Position numbers and translations under genes: made by a program. DNA of 64,000 bases from Bacillota bacterium (GTDB lineage: Bacteria > Bacillota > DTU025), in the NCBI GenBank assembly GCA_050951805.1, contig JBMNJT010000002.1:1248001-1312000 (forward strand). Direction: 5' to 3'. Below the pieces are notes generated by a model that worked only from the letters and a program-made list of their open reading frames with translations, had not been told where the DNA came from and searched no databases. Positions 58,813 to 64,000 of this stretch are shown here, in pieces (positions within the stretch are counted from its first letter, which is position 1; each line of letters opens with the position of its first letter).

Positions 58813-59735
58813 GCGTCTCCTTCCCCAAGCGCCCTCGGGTGGTGCTTATTGTATACCTCCCTCAGTCTCACCTGAGTTAAGTGAGTATAAACTTGCGTAG
58901 TGCGGATATCCGCGTGTCCCAGCAACTCCTGGACCGACCTCAAGTCCGCCCCGTTTTCAAGCATGTGCGTGGCGAATGAGTGCCTGAGCGTGTGGGGAGT
59001 GATGTCAGTGGAGATGCCCACCTTGAGCGCACGGCGCTTTATCATCTTCCAAAACCCCTGCCGAGTCATGGCAGTTCCGCGGTTCGTTATGAAAAGGTAG
59101 TTATCCTTGCAGACGCCGGCAAGTTCGCGGCGTCCGAAAGCAAGGTATCTCTCTATGGCCTCTATTGCGCGTCTTCCCACTGGAACGATTCTCTCTCGGT
59201 CACCCTTGCCCACACAGCGCACGTAACCAAGCTCCATGTCTACATCTTCAGTGGTCAAAGAGATCAGCTCCGAGACTCTCAGCCCAGACGCGTACATCAG
59301 TTCCAACATGGCCGTGTCGCGAAGGGACTGAGGATCATACCCCGGCGCCGATGAGAGTAACCTGTTTACCTCCTCCTCGGTGAGCACGTCAGGCAGCCGC
59401 TGTGGCTGCCGAGGCGATTCCAGGTTCGCAGTGGGATCCGCCTTCACGTATCCTTCTTGTAGCATAAACCTGTAGTATCTGCGTAGTGATGTAAGTCGCC
59501 TCGCAGCTGATGAAGGTGATCCGCCTGACTCTATGGAGCGTGCAATGAACGACGCTACCATGGATTGACTCGCCGTAAGGATATCGTCATCAATAGGCTC
59601 ATCTGATTGACGCCCGGATTTCGCCGCATACTCCGCAAACTGCGAGAGGTCGCGGGCGTACGCCTCTAGCGTGTTTTCCGATAGACCCCGTTCAACCGCT
59701 AGATAGTTGATGTATTCTTCTACAGATGGAAGCAC
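58809..59735 (-). CDS. xerD: Site-specific tyrosine recombinase XerD
   Basis: [33 protein letters not shown]...TTQ.Y; conserved spoIIM-xerD-deoB context. Confidence 0.93.
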   Translation of the reverse strand: MLPSVEEYINYLAVERGLSENTLEAYARDLSQFAEYAAKSGRQSDEPIDDDILTASQSMVASFIARSIESGGSPSSAARRLTSLRRYYRFMLQEGYVKADPTANLESPRQPQRLPDVLTEEEVNRLLSSAPGYDPQSLRDTAMLELMYASGLRVSELISLTTEDVDMELGYVRCVGKGDRERIVPVGRRAIEAIERYLAFGRRELAGVCKDNYLFITNRGTAMTRQGFWKMIKRRALKVGISTDITPHTLRHSFATHMLENGADLRSVQELLGHADIRTTQVYTHLTQVRLREVYNKHHPRALGEGDA

Positions 59736-60303
59736 AGAACACTCCCTCCTGTTCGATCTATAGCCGCTACAGCAGGAGCGGCAAGCTATGCCGCCTGCCA
59801 ACTCACGGGCTGATTGCATTAATTCGGTGCGTCCCCATTCATGCAGGGTAACAACTTCCGCCATATCATCGTCCGATTTCTAAACGGTCTCTTCGACGTT
59901 GGTCAGTGTAGTCCTGCATGGATCCTGAGGCAAAGAGCATCACAGTCCATGTCTTTTCCAATACAATTCTGAAATCCCCACCCTTGTAGTAGGCTTTGCG
60001 GAAGAGTCTTAGCCCGATGATGCGCGGGCCGCCAGACTCTGGATTCACGGATCCCCATTCTGCAACCACAACCCATATCTAGGCCGGATAGCGGCGGCCT
60101 CAGATCCAAAACGTCTCCTTGTTCTGCCTCGGTGGGGCAAAGACACGAGAAAACCGGCGCACGGCAACACATGCGGAAAAAGAGTGAACGGATTGAGGAG
60201 GGTTCGCCATAAGAAGCCAGGTGAAGTCGGCCCTCGAATTCGCGGAAGACGTTGTTCTGCGCACTAGCCGCTCAATTAGGCAAGAATACGTGTTGCGAGT
60301 TGG

Positions 60304-60957
60304 TTAGACGAATCTTGCAGCAAGTATCAAGATTGCCGGGGATACATAAGCCTGGACGAAAGAGGCCGCCGACAGGAGAATAGCAGAGATTGCCACCCCT
60401 GCAACCGATCGAGAGAAGGCAAGTTTCACATCTGAAGCCATGCCTATAAGGTTGGTTCCGATTACCGCCCATGAAAACGACATGGAGACAAAGCAGGCGA
60501 GTATGAGGGCTGGAACAGCTAGGATGTTATGGGGAAGCACTGATGCCACAGCAAGTGCCGCGCCCGGCCCCGACAACTCGCGCACCATGAAGGCCACGGT
60601 GAACCCGATGGAAAAACCGCGGACGAAAAGAATAACAAGCGCCCCGGGGAAGCCTAGGATCGTGAGGCCTGAAAGCCATATGAGCCCTACCGAAGCCAGA
60701 TTCGAGCCCAGGCTATATGCTAACGCCTTGCCAGGCGCAACAGGAAGTGTATGTCTCAGGCTGGCCAGGCCGGCCTCAAGATAAGAGAACAGCTCGGTTC
60801 TGCCTTCCTTCAACATCGAGGCTTGAACTGCGCCACAGCTTACTCCTGTAATGAATACTACAAACGTCAGCCAGTATCCAACCATATTCGAACGAGCATG
60901 GCTCAACACAGACCGGGATGTGCGACGTGCTCTGGCCATCTTGTACACCCCCTCCAT
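60304..60957 (-). CDS. spoIIM: Stage II sporulation protein M
   Basis: Multi-TM, G.P..L...RGF.IGF, PHN. Confidence 0.85.
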   Translation of the reverse strand: MEGVYKMARARRTSRSVLSHARSNMVGYWLTFVVFITGVSCGAVQASMLKEGRTELFSYLEAGLASLRHTLPVAPGKALAYSLGSNLASVGLIWLSGLTILGFPGALVILFVRGFSIGFTVAFMVRELSGPGAALAVASVLPHNILAVPALILACFVSMSFSWAVIGTNLIGMASDVKLAFSRSVAGVAISAILLSAASFVQAYVSPAILILAARFV

Positions 60958-61002
60958 AGAGCATGGATATGCGCTACAGGGAGGATCAATGCCAAGATGG
61001 AT

Positions 61003-62205
61003 CTATTCGACTACAGCCTTTCCGTATGCACCGCCTCCACCAGATTGAATGCCGAGACGCCCTTCCCTGGCCAAGCATATCCTGTGTGCAATCTCCTCCC
61101 CCACTACCTCCGCAATGTCCGATTCTATAGTCTCATGGATAACGGTCATCTCTGTGCCGAAGGCGTCGATAAGCGCCCCTATTCTCGCCGGTCCCAGGCC
61201 TGGCACGAACTCCAGGGGAATCTGGTAATTGTACGAAGGACGATGGGGTGGATGAATCGGTTCCGCAGTATCGGAAAGCTCGTCGATTCGGTCGGCAACA
61301 CCCCGAACCGTCCGAACGCTTCCACAGACGGGGCAAGCGCATGAATTTGGCAATGCCTTGAATCGATGCCCACACTCTTCGCACGCCGTGAGATGATATT
61401 TGCCAAGACGCGGATCGAGGCCGTAGTTGGCCACGACTCTGCGCCCATCGAGACGCGCAAGGGCCAGCCGGACCTCGGAAAAGGATGGCGCTTTCATACG
61501 CATGACGTTGTATTCCCGTCCAATCTTCGGCAACGAATGGGCGTCTGAATTCGAGGTAAATGTATAGTGCGACAGCTCCCCTATCCTGTCGGCCATGTCA
61601 GTGTCAGCAGAAAGTCCTAGCTCTACTCCGTCAACTAGTTTTCGCACATCCTCGCCGAACACTTCTGACATTCTGTGGGCGCAGGTTCCGTACAGGCTCT
61701 TGTGTGGGGTAAATGCGTGGGCAACCAAGAAAAGTCCTCCACTATCGGCAGCGAGCTGCGCAAGCTCCACAGGCGATAACCGCGCTCTCTGGGTGGAAAG
61801 ATCCATGTTAGACACATATCGTGAAAGGCTGCGCGAATACTGGCGCAAGGCAGTCAAGGTTGGAAAGAGACTGAGATAGTGGGCGCCTCTAGCCGATCCC
61901 GGACAGGCGGATTCCACCTCTGCACCGGGTATGACCGTAGTCTTGTCGAGGTATCTAAACCCTCCGCCAGGCGCCTCGGTCATGTCGCCCGATTCAAGAA
62001 GGGCCTCTATATCCTTGAGAACCCTTGTTGATGCACAATCTACGACGGCGACAATGTCAATGCCTTTGCGGGTGGCTGCCTCCTTCGCTATATTGGCAAA
62101 TGTTAGATTGCGCGCACCCGAGACTTTTACAGGCTTGCCTGCAGAATCTCTTCCGATATGGACGTGAAGGTCGACAAAGTAGCGGTTGAGCCCTCGTTCT
62201 GACAT
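61003..62205 (-). CDS. Endonuclease Q family (PHP + Zn ribbon, YqxK-like)
   Basis: DLHVHIG, AHAFTP, ELGLSAD, SNSDAHS, GKYH, CPVCG. Confidence 0.9.
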   Translation of the reverse strand: MSERGLNRYFVDLHVHIGRDSAGKPVKVSGARNLTFANIAKEAATRKGIDIVAVVDCASTRVLKDIEALLESGDMTEAPGGGFRYLDKTTVIPGAEVESACPGSARGAHYLSLFPTLTALRQYSRSLSRYVSNMDLSTQRARLSPVELAQLAADSGGLFLVAHAFTPHKSLYGTCAHRMSEVFGEDVRKLVDGVELGLSADTDMADRIGELSHYTFTSNSDAHSLPKIGREYNVMRMKAPSFSEVRLALARLDGRRVVANYGLDPRLGKYHLTACEECGHRFKALPNSCACPVCGSVRTVRGVADRIDELSDTAEPIHPPHRPSYNYQIPLEFVPGLGPARIGALIDAFGTEMTVIHETIESDIAEVVGEEIAHRICLAREGRLGIQSGGGGAYGKAVVE

Positions 62206-62268
62206 TATGTAAACATCCCCAATTACAGTCAGTATTGATCGATCAGATTATTCCATTGGATTTTGGCA

Positions 62269-62850
62269 TTACGCACGACATATGCTGCAAGCGCATGAGC
62301 TGACAGGAGAAAGGCCTAACATCCACGAAAGGTGGAGCAGTCCGGCAAGGGTTTTTACATCCCTTATCTCCTGCTTTGCCAGGATCTCAGGTATCTGGCT
62401 TACCGGCATCAGCTCCGTTCTGACGAATTCGTCATCATCGGGGCAGGCCTCGCCAATGTGGTCAACTGTTCCCGCATACAGGTGCATGAACTCCGTGGCA
62501 AAGCCGACCGCAATATAGAAGCCTGCAATTTTCTTCAGTTCAGCGCATGTACAACCGGTCTCCTCAAGCAGTTCTCTTTGCGCTGCCGCCCTAGGGGATT
62601 CTCCCGGATCGATACGGCCGGCCGGGATCTCAAGAAGCTCTTCACCCCCTGCGTACCTGTACTGCCGCACGAGTACAACCTTGTCATCACGCGTCACAGG
62701 TACCACTGCCACGGAATCCCGCGTTCTTACGACTTCCCTCGTGGCCGTGCGCCCGTTTGGAAGTTCAACCTTGTCCACATTAAGAGTCACAATCTTCCCG
62801 TTGTAGATCGTCTCACTGCTAATAGCTTTTTCAGTAAGGTCTTGTTCCAT
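62269..62850 (-). CDS. nudF: ADP-ribose pyrophosphatase
   Basis: REVV, LVRQYRY, EIPAG..DPGE....A.RELLEETG. Confidence 0.9.
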   Translation of the reverse strand: MEQDLTEKAISSETIYNGKIVTLNVDKVELPNGRTATREVVRTRDSVAVVPVTRDDKVVLVRQYRYAGGEELLEIPAGRIDPGESPRAAAQRELLEETGCTCAELKKIAGFYIAVGFATEFMHLYAGTVDHIGEACPDDDEFVRTELMPVSQIPEILAKQEIRDVKTLAGLLHLSWMLGLSPVSSCACSICRA

Positions 62851-63181
62851 TGATATCTGCCTCCTGAACATCCATGTAGTTTTCGCAAAGCCTCTCCGTG
62901 ATTTCCCGGCCTTTGCTCTTCCAATCGCCGCTCGGCAACTCCCCCCCGCCACACCAGGATGCTCCGCGGATCATACAGACCCATTGTAGCTACAAAAACA
63001 TGCAAAAACCAGGATGTAGACTCCGACCATCTCAACGGTCTTCTTCCGTATGCCGGACATATTCGGACAGATGAAGCACTATCCCCAGGCAACTCCCGGT
63101 CAGCCTTCCACACTATCTGTTCATTCGAACCATTTGCCTCTAGCCCAAGTTACACGGGAGCGCCCGAAGACTTTTGCAAAG

Positions 63182-63985
63182 CTAGTGGACGAGTTTTCGT
63201 GCATACGCGCCTCCCGCCGCAGAGGTGAGGAAAAACTCCGGCTCCTCGTCGAACCCGCGCCCCATTGTTGAGAGTTCGATCCCCCGCTCCTTCAGTTCGT
63301 CTATGGCTCCTCCTCCAGGCGCATAAGCCAACCGATGCCCACCTGCTTTCAGTATCCCACAGAGACGTTCTTCCACCTTCCGGCGGAAGCCGTCATCCAT
63401 ATCGGAGGCCAACACGCATGTAGCCGGCGTGCAACAGACGTCCGCCAACACGGTGACTGTATGGTGACTCAATACATGATGGCGTTCCCTAGGATCGCAT
63501 CTTGAAAGCCGGGGCACTATGATTGCGCGCCCCCCCATTCTGTTGACTGCATCAGCTATGTGTGCCTGCTCTATGCCAGAAAAGCCGTATTGAGTGCCTG
63601 TTCCGACTATGCCCGGGCCCATCGCCACCACCGCTCCCTCGCACCTGCATACGGCATAGGCAGCCACAAGCGCCGACTGGACATTGACCGCCTCCAGATC
63701 GCCCCCGAAGGCGTGCCCAGCAGTAATCGAGACGTGGAATAGTCTTTCTTCTTTCAGGCGGCGAACCACCTTGCTCAAAGCGTATGGGAGCGCTGCTCCG
63801 TCCGTCATTATGTAAGCAGCCTTTCCTGAAAACCCGGCAAGGACGGGAGCCACCATCGAATGGAGCTCGCATATGACCACAGGCATGCCGTCTAGCCCCG
63901 AAAAACTGTCAATTGCCCCACGGTACGCTGGATTCTCTTCGTAGCTCCCTGTAGCCAGTTGCATCGGAGTATACCTGATCTTCAT
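63182..63985 (-). CDS. DUF3866 family protein (5' part probably beyond the window)
   Basis: MKIRYTP.Q, ELHS, YIMTDG.ALP, GHAFGGD.EA, GPG..GT, SHH. Confidence 0.85.
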   Translation of the reverse strand: MKIRYTPMQLATGSYEENPAYRGAIDSFSGLDGMPVVICELHSMVAPVLAGFSGKAAYIMTDGAALPYALSKVVRRLKEERLFHVSITAGHAFGGDLEAVNVQSALVAAYAVCRCEGAVVAMGPGIVGTGTQYGFSGIEQAHIADAVNRMGGRAIIVPRLSRCDPRERHHVLSHHTVTVLADVCCTPATCVLASDMDDGFRRKVEERLCGILKAGGHRLAYAPGGGAIDELKERGIELSTMGRGFDEEPEFFLTSAAGGAYARKLVH

Positions 63986-64000
63986 TATGTGACCAGGCAG

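Noticed and set aside
58809-59735. Tyrosine recombinase as a phage or ICE integrase
   Set aside because: Size, motifs and the spoIIM-xerD-deoB-pdp context match chromosomal XerD.
1-64000. CRISPR array, rRNA, prophage or defence island
   Set aside because: No regularly spaced repeats, rRNA-like sequence, phage structural genes or recognisable defence genes were seen.

Overview
Mostly core chromosome of a moderately GC-rich, anaerobic, endospore-forming Bacillota (Firmicutes) organism. Left end (1-8.6 kb): family-4 uracil-DNA glycosylase, lexA divergent from a yneA-like LysM gene with three SOS boxes, a multiply deleted fpg/nei pseudogene, a 456-bp hairpin-rich element bounded by inverted repeats, and a pduL-dinB-NUDIX-DUF72-FmdB-M24 run. 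8.7-15.4 kb: an IS hotspot with two copies of a CAG-ended DDE IS (one defective), one ISLre2-family IS and a GH1 beta-glucosidase, next to tRNA-Trp. 15.5-25.6 kb: a sigma54-controlled lysine fermentation cluster (kdd kamA kamB kamD kamE kal kce atoD atoA) with its activator. The rest is housekeeping (ddl, surE, plsY, der, prsA, ispH-S1 fusion, fsa/tal, plsC, cmk, rluB, ktrA, scpAB, trpS, pdp, deoB, xerD, nudF), a three-gene minor-pilin cassette and sporulation genes (gerW, spoVAC/D/E, sigF, spoIIAB/AA, dacF, spoIIM). Most notable observation: both copies of the CAG-ended IS sit in the same orientation, with the right end exactly 18 nt upstream of a sigmaA -35 box. One copy shares its target 9-mer with an ISLre2 element, a family known to target promoters. 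This suggests promoter-directed targeting by an unrelated transposase. All calls come from reading motifs by eye; no database searches were run.
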